A DNA stretch of 28,935 bases from a virus (Duplodnaviria; Caudoviricetes): positions 1 to 28,935 of the IMG/VR virus record IMGVR_UViG_3300020414_002214. The stretch is one strand, 5' to 3'. The position numbers and the translations under genes are program-made. Shown here one piece after another: positions 17,484-26,743 of this stretch (the stretch's first letter is position 1; the number at the start of each line of letters is the position of its first letter). The notes beneath the pieces were generated by a model. That model saw nothing but the letters and a program-made list of their open reading frames with translations, searched no databases and had not been told where the DNA came from.

Positions 17484-18653
17484 TTAGAGACTATCAATGA
17501 TATTTTGACCGTAAGCTTCGAAGTCAGGCTTTTCTACCTTTTCAGCAGGTTTCGGTGAATTCCAGGTAGGAGCGTTTCTGGCAAACATATCGCCAAAGAT
17601 GTTTGCACCCATTACGGTAGACATATCAAACATATTTTGAGCGCCTGCGGAGACTCGTTTGTCTAGAGCAGCAGGATTGATATAAGAATTTTGACCTGCA
17701 AGATTAATTGCATCTTGTGCATAGGTTGGATTCTCATATTGTTTTTGAAGCTCCGTGTTTTGATCAGATTGACGATCTACCCTTGCAGCATTTGCAGCAG
17801 GGCTGTCATCTACGTCAAAAAACCCTCCCGTCGTGGCAGCAGATACAGGAGTGTCTTTAGTTAGATCGCCTGTACCTTGATAGTTAAAAATTCTGCTGCT
17901 TCCACCGTAGGTGCGTGAGTTATCAATTGCCTGCTGATTAACTGAGATATTACCATCACCAGCCTGAATAGTTTGTTGAGTACCACCTCCAGCAGCAGTT
18001 TTTGCTTGCTGAGGACCGGCGGCATTACTGTTATCACCAATTGCTGCAGAGCCTTCTGTTTCTTGAGCTACAGGGGTAGGAGCAGGTGATGTTTCCTGGA
18101 CAGGCTTAGGTGCGTCTTCTTTATTTTTTGCTTGATTTTTTGCAATCGCATCTTTGTACTTGCTCAAAAGAGCTTGTGCTTTTCCGCCAGATGCTCCAGG
18201 ACCATCACCGAAGTCATGGTTCTCGGCGTAGTCAACGATCTGTTGTCTGCTAAATCCGCCTTGATCTCTCAGTCGCTTGATGTCCTGAGCACTCAGTCGT
18301 TCTGTACCTTTCTTGGCACCAGCACCACCTGCACTTAGGTCAAAGTCTGCGATATTGGCATTGGTATATGGATTGTTGTCGTCTGCCGGGTAGCTCTGAC
18401 TAGGAGCCCCTGTGTCTACAAGCTCACCTCCAGAGTAATGCTGTTGCCCGCTTTGATAGCTTCCACCCTTAGCTTTGCTAGCAGCTCCTTTTACAGAATC
18501 GCTAGCCTCAGCTGCAACTGACGTATTAGCTTCTAATGCATCGCCAGCCATACGCTGTTCACGACGAGCGTCTTTGAATTCTTGCTTCGTATTCTTACTT
18601 CTATATTTATCACCCATATCGGCATAATTTTTGCCAACCAAATTCTTAGCCAT
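17484..18653 (-). CDS. Hypothetical low-complexity protein (candidate internal virion protein)
   Basis: 389 aa, A/G/Q/N-rich, between terL and portal. Confidence 0.7.
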   Translation of the reverse strand: MAKNLVGKNYADMGDKYRSKNTKQEFKDARREQRMAGDALEANTSVAAEASDSVKGAASKAKGGSYQSGQQHYSGGELVDTGAPSQSYPADDNNPYTNANIADFDLSAGGAGAKKGTERLSAQDIKRLRDQGGFSRQQIVDYAENHDFGDGPGASGGKAQALLSKYKDAIAKNQAKNKEDAPKPVQETSPAPTPVAQETEGSAAIGDNSNAAGPQQAKTAAGGGTQQTIQAGDGNISVNQQAIDNSRTYGGSSRIFNYQGTGDLTKDTPVSAATTGGFFDVDDSPAANAARVDRQSDQNTELQKQYENPTYAQDAINLAGQNSYINPAALDKRVSAGAQNMFDMSTVMGANIFGDMFARNAPTWNSPKPAEKVEKPDFEAYGQNIIDSL

Positions 18654-18658
18654 TTTGA

Positions 18659-20197
18659 CTACAATTCAAAACTGTCTTTATTGTAATCAATTTGCAAATT
18701 TCCTCGTCTTAACAGACCTCCGATAGTAAGAACCATTGAATCCACAGCATCATCGTGCTGACTATGACCGAAGTTCAATAGCTCTTCTTCTAGTACTGTC
18801 CACTTACGCCACTTGTTCCATACAACTCGTCTACCTTCGTAAAGACCCAATACGCCTCTCAAGCGTGCAAGCTTGTCACCTTTGAATCCTTTGACTGGGC
18901 TAACTGTGAGGTTATACAAAGCACGGTTCTCGTGCATAATGCGTTTGAAGTCACCTTCAAAGGATGTTTGGTATGCCACTGCTTCAGGCCAGACCATGCA
19001 CGGTGACATCGTTGGGAAAAACTGACCCTCATCGTTTTCCAAAAGGATGTTCCAATCAGCAAGCATCTCGCATAGGGTATCCATTTTTTTGATGTTGCCC
19101 ATTGTGCGTTCACGTCTTTGGTCAATCAGGTAGATCTTGCCGTCCTTGATTCCTCCAAGTGTGAATACTGTCCAGTCATTCTTTTGCGATAAACCAGCAC
19201 TAAGGTCAATGCCTACACCTAGGCAGTCGTATTCATCAGGCACTTCGCCGTGAACAATCAGTTCTGGTGAAATGCCGACGTCTGTATTACGGACAGCTGT
19301 GTTCAGATACTGATATGCAAAAGCGACACGATCTTCCTGCTTACGCTCGTTCAGGTATTTCATTGACCAGAATTCAGGCCAGTATGACGTTTGCCTGCCT
19401 TCTGAATCAGTCTTTACCGCTTGCTGAATAATCTGTTTCCAATTGTTCTTAGGTACGAAAAGGGTTTGGTGGATATCGTCAAAGTGAAACCTCGTCCCAA
19501 GACAGATCGCCCTAGCGCCCTGGAACATGGTAGGAGCGATAACGTTAGACCACGTTGATTCCATCTCTCTCCTAATATCCGGATTGTTAATGGAAGCAGC
19601 TGACTTGATAGGGTCATCAATAAGAACAAGTTGGGATCGCTTCGAGGTAATAGCACCTTTGAGACCACCACACGCAATAGTGAACGCTTCCTCACCAGCA
19701 GTGTCAATTCCTGCGAAGTCGTAGTCGATCGACCAGTATTCGTCGGAACGTTTGATCTTCGATAGTCGAACCATAGGAAAGACTTCGCGATATTTTGGAG
19801 ACGTGAGGATGCCTTTGATAGTTGCTGACTTTGCACGGCTAATGTCCACCATGTACGCGATGTACAGAATCCGCAGCATTTTCTTGGCAGCTGCATGTCG
19901 TCCAATCATCCAGGCAGCGAACAAACCAAGGACAGTACTTTTCGCAGATCCCCGAGGTGCGAGGATCGATGTGTTTGGTCCGCCGACGCCTATCAGACAT
20001 TCGCTATCTTCTCCTGTGCATAATTCGTTGTGCCACTCCAACATGTGCTTTGCGGGTTTCTTACCCATAAAGCAACAGAAATCGTAGAAACTGTCCCTCG
20101 CTCTTAGTACTTCTTCTGAAGGTGGCTTCGTTGTCACCTTCGTAGCGGTCATCAGTGCCGCTCTCTTAAATGCTAACGAGGAACTTGCAATTGCCAT
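18659..20197 (-). CDS. terL: Terminase large subunit
   Basis: Walker A ILAPRGSAKST, Walker B LVLIDDP, coupling motif LGTRFHFDD, nuclease motifs VGIDLS and HDDAVDS. Confidence 0.95.
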   Translation of the reverse strand: MAIASSSLAFKRAALMTATKVTTKPPSEEVLRARDSFYDFCCFMGKKPAKHMLEWHNELCTGEDSECLIGVGGPNTSILAPRGSAKSTVLGLFAAWMIGRHAAAKKMLRILYIAYMVDISRAKSATIKGILTSPKYREVFPMVRLSKIKRSDEYWSIDYDFAGIDTAGEEAFTIACGGLKGAITSKRSQLVLIDDPIKSAASINNPDIRREMESTWSNVIAPTMFQGARAICLGTRFHFDDIHQTLFVPKNNWKQIIQQAVKTDSEGRQTSYWPEFWSMKYLNERKQEDRVAFAYQYLNTAVRNTDVGISPELIVHGEVPDEYDCLGVGIDLSAGLSQKNDWTVFTLGGIKDGKIYLIDQRRERTMGNIKKMDTLCEMLADWNILLENDEGQFFPTMSPCMVWPEAVAYQTSFEGDFKRIMHENRALYNLTVSPVKGFKGDKLARLRGVLGLYEGRRVVWNKWRKWTVLEEELLNFGHSQHDDAVDSMVLTIGGLLRRGNLQIDYNKDSFEL

Positions 20198-20224
20198 ATT
20201 AATACTTTTTTATTAGTGTAACTA

Positions 20225-20500
20225 TTACAGTCTGCCCTCTGCGTAGCGTTGTGCAAAACGTTCTTCTGCTCTAGCCTTTGCACGCATAATTATTGCACGC
20301 CTTCTATCTTCTTCGTAAGCAATACCAATTGCTGCTGCGATCCGTGCTGCCTCTTCTGCACGGCTCATCATAAAGAACTTCTCAACACTGACACCTGGAA
20401 TAGATGGCAATCGTGCCAGTATTGTGCCCTGTGAACGCAGTGTGCGTACATCCACGCTGGGGATATTACCTGGCAGTTCTGGCAGATCTAGATCAAGCAT
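20225..20500 (-). CDS. Small hypothetical protein
   Basis: 91 aa with a charged helical C-terminus. 8-nt overlap with the upstream gene. Confidence 0.6.
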   Translation of the reverse strand: MLDLDLPELPGNIPSVDVRTLRSQGTILARLPSIPGVSVEKFFMMSRAEEAARIAAAIGIAYEEDRRRAIIMRAKARAEERFAQRYAEGRL

Positions 20501-21032
20501 TGCTTAACTCGCTATACACTTTTGCCCATACTGCATTTATAGCATTTTCAATAGGCTCAGCGAATTGAGGGTCGTCTTTAAAAATTGCAGTAATCTCCCG
20601 CATTACTCGGTCTGCACCTGCAAGTACCAAGCCACGCTTGTCCGTTGAACGGTTCATTCGGTCAGACGTTTCAATATGCGATCTAAGCTCTTTCTCCAAT
20701 GCAGCCAATCGTGCGGCTCCATTATCGCCCTTGATTTCACCTGAGGTAATCGCCATTCTAAGTTCTTGTATATCGGCGTGAAGAGCAGCAATCTCACTAT
20801 TAAGTATTTCACGGCGGTTCAGTTTCTTATACTTCATTTTCACCCACCTGTTTAGGTCAGTGAATGTGCCTGGATATCCAACGATTCCTGCATATACCCA
20901 AATCTCAATAATGGATGGAGTGACCTCAGCAAATTCTCTGAAGTCCTCTGACTCAGAAGCAGGGATGGTATCCAGCCACTGCTCCACGTAGTTCAGATAT
21001 ACCTTCCCGGTTTTGTCTGACTTGACTGTCAT
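20493..21032 (-). CDS. Candidate terminase small subunit
   Basis: 179 aa helical protein with an N-terminal HTH-like region and coiled coil, two genes upstream of terL. Function is inferred from position. Confidence 0.4.
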   Translation of the reverse strand: MTVKSDKTGKVYLNYVEQWLDTIPASESEDFREFAEVTPSIIEIWVYAGIVGYPGTFTDLNRWVKMKYKKLNRREILNSEIAALHADIQELRMAITSGEIKGDNGAARLAALEKELRSHIETSDRMNRSTDKRGLVLAGADRVMREITAIFKDDPQFAEPIENAINAVWAKVYSELSNA

Positions 21033-22090
21033 CAGAATGCCCTCGCAGTGCTACGTGCATACATATGCATATTGGCTCGGTCTTTGGCTTTCAAACGGGT
21101 TTCATTGTCTTGTGTTTTCCGCGTCTCATCACCAGTAGCGCGTGTGTTATCAATGGTGCCTTGTGCATTAACTTTAGCAACATCGACGGTTTTATCTGCT
21201 CCGTACTTAGATGCATCAGCTGCTTGCTTAGCTGAATACTTACTACCTTCTAACTGAGTTGTGGCTACATCTGTTTGTGCTTTAGCTTGTGTAGAAGCAA
21301 CTGTTGTGTCTGCACCAGCTCTTGTCTTAGCTACTTCTTTACTAGCACCTGCTGCTGTTTCTGCAACTGTAGTGTCAGCACCGGCACGTGTCTCAGCTAC
21401 ATCTTTAGATGCTTCAGCTTGTGTTGTGGCTACATCTCGACGAGCGTCGTAATCACCTGTTGCAATTGCTTCTTTGGACTTATTGTTTTGAGCGTCTATT
21501 AAACGTTGCTGCTCACCTTGTGTAATTACGCCCAACCTATCTTGTGTACCTTGCTCTCTTGTATTAAGTCGAGTCTGCTCTCCCGTTGCACTGACCATTC
21601 CTAAATCACGGTCGTGCTGAGCATTAGCAAATGAATTCTGATATTTGAATTGAGCATCCATTTGTGCCATTCCATAGGCAAACTCATCTTTCATCAGAGC
21701 AGCCTGATTGCGCTGCTCAAGATCTGCCTGAGCTCGCATATTTGTTTGGGCAAGTCCAGCATTAAAAGCACCCAGTTGTTGTGCTAACTGAGAGTCCAGT
21801 GCGGACTGAATCATATTGCCCTGAAACGCACTTTTCATCAATGCTTGGTCGGTTCCAGCTTCTGGTTCTGACTTATAAAAGTCGTCCATTATGGACTGAA
21901 AATTGAACATTCCAGTACTTGCTGCTTCTGGGACTGTCGGTGTCTTTGCATCAGGATCAGATGTTTTATCTTCAGTCTGATTATCGTAAATTTCGTTAAC
22001 ACCTTGTGATGCCGAAGTAATAGCATTTATACCGATATTGGCAACGCTTGAGTCGAAATCAAATTTGTCCTTGTCCTTGTTCTTTGCCAT
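21032..22090 (-). CDS. Candidate internal/ejection protein with 11-residue coiled-coil repeats
   Basis: ARRDVATTQAE / ASKDVAETRAG / ADTTVAETAAG / ASKEVAKTRAG / ADTTVASTQAK / AQTDVATTQLE. Confidence 0.7.
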   Translation of the reverse strand: MAKNKDKDKFDFDSSVANIGINAITSASQGVNEIYDNQTEDKTSDPDAKTPTVPEAASTGMFNFQSIMDDFYKSEPEAGTDQALMKSAFQGNMIQSALDSQLAQQLGAFNAGLAQTNMRAQADLEQRNQAALMKDEFAYGMAQMDAQFKYQNSFANAQHDRDLGMVSATGEQTRLNTREQGTQDRLGVITQGEQQRLIDAQNNKSKEAIATGDYDARRDVATTQAEASKDVAETRAGADTTVAETAAGASKEVAKTRAGADTTVASTQAKAQTDVATTQLEGSKYSAKQAADASKYGADKTVDVAKVNAQGTIDNTRATGDETRKTQDNETRLKAKDRANMHMYARSTARAF

Positions 22091-22116
22091 TACTTAAATA
22101 ATGCGCTAATAATCCT

Positions 22117-22137
22117 ATTCTACATTTTACCTACAAT
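22117..22137. promoter_or_regulatory. Back-to-back -10 boxes for the divergent genes starting at 22090 (-) and 22161 (+)
   Basis: TAGAAT on minus at 22117-22122 and TACAAT on plus at 22132-22137, 26 and 23 nt from the respective ATGs. Confidence 0.65.
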
Positions 22138-22160
22138 ATAGTTAATGCGTTTTTCGTGGT

Positions 22161-23171
22161 ATGTTTAATAGTATCGGCAGGTCAAGCAACTTCGCGCAAG
22201 CTGGTAAATCTGCTGCAGACGATATGGTCCGTAGCTTTGCTGCTGCTCGACGTAACTCACCTAATTACGGCAAGCTTGCAGAAACAGCTGCAACTATCCG
22301 TTCTAAAGAAAAACAAGCTGCTATCAAAGCAGAAGCGGCTGTTACTAAGACTGGTATTCAAGCTGCTGGTGAAGTTAAAGCGTACAAAACTAAAGTTAAG
22401 GCTCAGGGTGAACTGAAACAAGCTAAGCGTAAAGCAGGTGCTTTAGCTACTGCCGGAAAAATGTTTAGTACGGCTGGCTCATTCGCTGGAGAGAAACGTA
22501 CAAAGCGTGAGGTTGGATCTGAAGATAGTTGGTACGACGAACAGATTAAAAAACAAAACGATAAAGCTGCCGAACTTAGAAAACAAGCTGACGAATATGG
22601 AACTACTACTGAAACTTCTAACCCCACTAATCCTACTGGGAACACAGGAGGTAACGGATCTGGGAAAGTAAACAGCGCTGCTGGTACAAGCGGTGGCGGT
22701 CAAGAAACGGCAATGCAATATATGAGCACGCTTACTAAGCAGGGATACACTCCTGTTCAGGCAGCAGGTATTGTTGGTAATGCTCAATATGAAAGTGCGA
22801 ACTTTACGGCATACGAAGAGTTTGAGCCTAATGCATATGGTACAAAAGGGGCAGGTGTGTTCCAGTGGACTAATGCAGGTGGTTCTAATCGTCGTGACAA
22901 TTTTGAAAACTGGGCTGCTTCACAAGGTCTAGACCCTAAATCATTTGAAGCAAACTCTGGTTTTATGCTTCACGAAATGCAGGGCAAAGCAGGTAACCAC
23001 TGGACTGGTGGCATGAACGATGAAAGTTACCGTCAGATTGGTGATTTAAATACTGCTGTTACTTCATTCCAAAACAACTACTTGCGTCCTGCTAAAGCCA
23101 CAGCAAATACTCAGCAGCGTCTGGCGTATGCTCAGCAAGCTTTACAAGAGTGGCAGAATCGCAATAGTTAA
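22161..23171 (+). CDS. Virion-associated lysozyme (phage tail lysozyme / Phage_lysozyme2-like C-terminal domain)
   Basis: GYTPVQAAGIVGNAQYES...GAGVFQWT...RR...F+LHEM...F...YLRP...RLAYAQ. Ala/Lys-rich N-terminal module plus a G/T/N linker. Confidence 0.85.
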   Translation: MFNSIGRSSNFAQAGKSAADDMVRSFAAARRNSPNYGKLAETAATIRSKEKQAAIKAEAAVTKTGIQAAGEVKAYKTKVKAQGELKQAKRKAGALATAGKMFSTAGSFAGEKRTKREVGSEDSWYDEQIKKQNDKAAELRKQADEYGTTTETSNPTNPTGNTGGNGSGKVNSAAGTSGGGQETAMQYMSTLTKQGYTPVQAAGIVGNAQYESANFTAYEEFEPNAYGTKGAGVFQWTNAGGSNRRDNFENWAASQGLDPKSFEANSGFMLHEMQGKAGNHWTGGMNDESYRQIGDLNTAVTSFQNNYLRPAKATANTQQRLAYAQQALQEWQNRNS

Positions 23172-23768
23172 TTAGAGAGCAAAGGCTGCACCAAGTGAGG
23201 CGAGTCCTGCAGCTAAGTTCTGCATCATTGCCTGGCGATCCTTACGGTCAAGACGCTCCATACGCTCGTTGTATTCCATATCAGCTCTACGATCGCGCAT
23301 CTTTTGATATGCGAGTTCTGAGGCTCTAGCATCTTTGTTATCTGCCATCTGCATCAGAGCCAGACTGTGTGTCCTATCTGCTGCTTTGCTTTGTTGCGCT
23401 AATTGCAGCTCCAATGGTTTGAGTGAGCGTTCCCATGCTTTAGTACTTGCGTCATCTGACTCTTTTCTTTGAAGACGACGAATAGCAGAAAGAACTTCAT
23501 TTTTACTTGTGTTGTCAGGGTCTACACCTAACTCAGTAGCTGTATATTGACTACCTTTCAACGTATTCTTTCCTCCCGTACGACGTGTTGTCGTTTGCAT
23601 TTGCTCGTAAGCAGCATTAAGCTCAGCTGGACTACGACCAGCCAGCCAGTCACCAAAACCTGCTTCTACTTTTCCAGTTACTGCACTTGGCGTACGACCT
23701 TCGATGACACTTTTGGCATCCTGCCCAAAGAATCCCATAACATCGTCGTACCAATTTCTTTCGGCCAT
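23172..23768 (-). CDS. Candidate internal virion protein
   Basis: 198 aa, charged helix with a hydrophobic C-terminus (LAAGLASLGAAFAL). Confidence 0.65.
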   Translation of the reverse strand: MAERNWYDDVMGFFGQDAKSVIEGRTPSAVTGKVEAGFGDWLAGRSPAELNAAYEQMQTTTRRTGGKNTLKGSQYTATELGVDPDNTSKNEVLSAIRRLQRKESDDASTKAWERSLKPLELQLAQQSKAADRTHSLALMQMADNKDARASELAYQKMRDRRADMEYNERMERLDRKDRQAMMQNLAAGLASLGAAFAL

Positions 23769-23795
23769 AACTAACGACTAAATCCTTTTTCTATT

Positions 23796-24476
23796 TTACA
23801 CAGACACTAAAGCTTGTTTTGCTTCTAGACGAGTGACACGTGACTGAAGCTCTTGATTGGCTCGCACAAGAATTGAAATCAGCTCAATAGGGTCAATGCA
23901 CAACTTGTTTGTAGCACCATCAACATAAGTAGCGTCAGGCATAACCTTTTGATATTCCTGGGCAATAAAGCCGTAATGCATACGCTCAGGGTGTGCGCTG
24001 TACTCTTCCTTGTAGAAGAAGGTCACAGGACGCAGTTCACGAAGGATGTCGCAGGCGTACTCCAGCTCATCAATAGTATGTTTTGTATCCTCATCTGAGG
24101 CAGCAAGTAATCCAATTCCAGCAGAAGCAATGCTACCAATGGCACTAAACATCCCAGCTTTTTTAGTAGCACTTGCTTGAGCTCGCATAGCTTTGGCTTG
24201 CTCCTCAGCCGCCTTTACATTTCCAGCAGCACTGATACCAGCTTGTGTCATTGTTGCTTCTGCATTCATCGCAGCTACACGCTCTTGTGCACGATTTGTA
24301 GCAGCAGTGGCAGCAATCTTGTCATAGTCAGGAGCACTGTCTCTTAGTGCACCATAGATAGAACCAACACTTACTGCATCAGCAGCTGACCCAGCATTAG
24401 TTGTTACACCAGCAGACTTAAGACCTTGAGGTGTAAAGTCCGGAATATTTCGACCACTGCTTGCTGCAAATCTCAT
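23796..24476 (-). CDS. Ala-rich protein with a C-terminal intramolecular chaperone / peptidase S74 domain
   Basis: SDEDTK...LRPVTFFYK...YGFIAQEYQKVMPDA...LISILVRANQEL. ATG at 24476 (MRFAA) is preferred over TTG at 24491. Confidence 0.85.
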   Translation of the reverse strand: MRFAASSGRNIPDFTPQGLKSAGVTTNAGSAADAVSVGSIYGALRDSAPDYDKIAATAATNRAQERVAAMNAEATMTQAGISAAGNVKAAEEQAKAMRAQASATKKAGMFSAIGSIASAGIGLLAASDEDTKHTIDELEYACDILRELRPVTFFYKEEYSAHPERMHYGFIAQEYQKVMPDATYVDGATNKLCIDPIELISILVRANQELQSRVTRLEAKQALVSV

Positions 24477-24503
24477 AGCTCTAATAATCAATCTTTTTCT
24501 ATT

Positions 24504-24932
24504 TTACCCACCAATATTCCAACCAATATCCTGGGTATAAAACTCCCCTGGACTCATACCGTTAAATATGTCAGTGTTGTTGTTAAACGCGCTTGTGTAT
24601 TTATTAAAATCCATATTTGTTGGTGTTGCCGATCCACCACCAAAAAGTCCTGCTTTACCAGCAGCACCAATACCAGCACCTGCAATCTGACCAAACATTC
24701 CCATCATTGCAGCTTGGCTTTGTGCACTAGCCATCGCCTGTTGTGCTGCTCCTGTAATTTCTGCTCCTTTTACTTGACCAGCTGCTGAGATGCCAGCCGC
24801 TGCTGTTTTACCCATCAACCCTGTAGCAGCTTGGCTTTCTTTACTTTTTAAAGAATCTGCTCCAGATGCAAGTGCACCGTAATTGGGCTTATCTCCTAGA
24901 AAACCTTCAATACGAGTACCGGCGAATCTCAT
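24504..24932 (-). CDS. Ala/Gly-rich candidate ejection protein, paralogous to the N-termini of 23796..24476 and 22161..23171
   Basis: PNYGALA...KSKESQAA...GISAAGQVK. Confidence 0.7.
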   Translation of the reverse strand: MRFAGTRIEGFLGDKPNYGALASGADSLKSKESQAATGLMGKTAAAGISAAGQVKGAEITGAAQQAMASAQSQAAMMGMFGQIAGAGIGAAGKAGLFGGGSATPTNMDFNKYTSAFNNNTDIFNGMSPGEFYTQDIGWNIGG

Positions 24933-24947
24933 TGTATTTAATCCTTA

Positions 24948-26138
24948 CTAATTGATTGTATCAATTTGGTTTTCAAGAGCATTACGACGACGGCGTTCTT
25001 CCTCAATTGCGTTTCCGATACCCATTGCACCTAGGGCTGAACCAAGTCCTACAGCAAGTCCACGACGAGGACCGCCCCGTGCTCCATATGCCGTGCCAAG
25101 GATTGCTGCAGCTGTAGGCATCACTGCTGTAGCGAGGGGAAGGCTCTTACCTAAGAACTGAATCTCAGGACCGTGAATACCTTCTGTAGTTGCCTTAATA
25201 ACCCCTGTTGGAAGCACAATCTGTCCATCATCAAATGGATTGGCGTCACCCTCGTTGTCAAACTTAAATGCTTTATATCGCATGTATTCGTCTTTAGAGA
25301 CATCGGGACGTACTTTCTTGAACTCATCCCAAGGCAACAGACCACCTGTCCTACCTAGCAGGTACTTAGCAGCGACTTCAGCGACAGCATTATCAGTCTT
25401 GCTGGGATCCTCATCACTAGGGATTACTGCTTTATAACCTTCTGCACCACCAAAGGGATTTAGCAGTCCTACGCCTGCATTGACTGCCAGACCTGAAGGG
25501 ATAGCAAGTGCCTCGACCATGCCAGGCGCATACTTACGCTTCCTGTAAACCTTTGACTTGATTGGCTTACCGTTGACACGTTCGCCAACATCTTCGTAAC
25601 TTGTAGTTACACCTGCAAGTGGTTTGTTTGTTGGACCCAGTAATCCTGCATTCTTAGCGGCTCGTACCGATGTAATTGGGTTACCGCTAGCGTCTAATTG
25701 AATATCTGCTGCATACAGCCCTGGAGCAACCTTCCCTAAGAGTGCTTCCTGTGTAACGTTTGCTGCAGCTTGTGGAGCATTGAGTAACCACCAAATGCTT
25801 CGTCCGCGATCTTGTACGACATCCGAAGCAAGTGTTCCCAGTACTTGCCCATCACGTGTTGCAGGATCAGGTGACAATCCAATACCCATCTCATTACGAG
25901 CTTGAACTTGTGCTGGGTTTGCAATACCCATCAGTTCACGCGCCATTGTGATGGTTCTATTCGAACCCATCATCTGGTCGATTTTACTAGCGTCGGTCTC
26001 TCTACCTTCAGCAGCGTATCCACGCTTCAAGGCTTCACGGAAGTCTTCCTTCCCTAATCCAAATGCCTCTGAGGCACCGGTACGTACACGCCTCAAATAT
26101 TCACGTGCGTCTTGTAGGCGATTAAGACCAATCATCAC
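24948..26138 (-). CDS. Candidate internal virion/ejection protein
   Basis: 396 aa with C-terminal hydrophobic Gly/Ala segments. ATGA overlap with the upstream gene. Confidence 0.65.
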   Translation of the reverse strand: MMIGLNRLQDAREYLRRVRTGASEAFGLGKEDFREALKRGYAAEGRETDASKIDQMMGSNRTITMARELMGIANPAQVQARNEMGIGLSPDPATRDGQVLGTLASDVVQDRGRSIWWLLNAPQAAANVTQEALLGKVAPGLYAADIQLDASGNPITSVRAAKNAGLLGPTNKPLAGVTTSYEDVGERVNGKPIKSKVYRKRKYAPGMVEALAIPSGLAVNAGVGLLNPFGGAEGYKAVIPSDEDPSKTDNAVAEVAAKYLLGRTGGLLPWDEFKKVRPDVSKDEYMRYKAFKFDNEGDANPFDDGQIVLPTGVIKATTEGIHGPEIQFLGKSLPLATAVMPTAAAILGTAYGARGGPRRGLAVGLGSALGAMGIGNAIEEERRRRNALENQIDTIN

Positions 26139-26734
26139 GCCAACCCTTGTTCAGCAAGAAACTGATCGTATAGCTGCCGTCTGTAGGCTTCGTCTGCAGC
26201 AGCCATTTGTTGCTCAGCAGGTGTCATTCCACCGTGCTTGGCACGAATAAGTGCTTCAGCAGCGCCGTAACCAACTTGGTCACCAACAATACCGCCAATC
26301 ATTTCAGTGCCAAGAACTCCTAGTCCTGACTTAGGTCCTAAAACACCACGTAATCCAATACCACCTGCAATACCACCAACTGCAGAGCCTGCACCAGCCA
26401 GTGCTTTATCAACAATATCTCCTTCTGTTGTAGCTGCAGCCAATCCACCGAACAACAAGTCAGGAGCAACTGTCATTGCAATATCTCCTTTCGTCATAGG
26501 AATGCCAAGGTTTTTCTTGAATCCTTCTGCTGTTAAACCCCGCCCAATCTTGCTTACCTTATCTCCAGCAAATCGTGCAACACCTTTAGGTAGACCAGCT
26601 TTCGACAAAGCTTTATATGTACCCATTCCAGCCTTAGCGGCTTTTCCAACCATTGCACCACCCTTTAAGGCTGCAAGTGCTGCTTTCAGTTTTACTCCCA
26701 ACGCCGGGATTGCAAGTGCTGCAGGTAATGCCAT
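26135..26734 (-). CDS. Glycine-zipper protein (candidate ejection/membrane channel)
   Basis: LAGAGSAVGGIAGGIG and GLGVLGTEMIGGIVG segments, with a basic amphipathic N-terminus. Confidence 0.65.
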   Translation of the reverse strand: MALPAALAIPALGVKLKAALAALKGGAMVGKAAKAGMGTYKALSKAGLPKGVARFAGDKVSKIGRGLTAEGFKKNLGIPMTKGDIAMTVAPDLLFGGLAAATTEGDIVDKALAGAGSAVGGIAGGIGLRGVLGPKSGLGVLGTEMIGGIVGDQVGYGAAEALIRAKHGGMTPAEQQMAAADEAYRRQLYDQFLAEQGLA

Positions 26735-26743
26735 CTTCTTACT

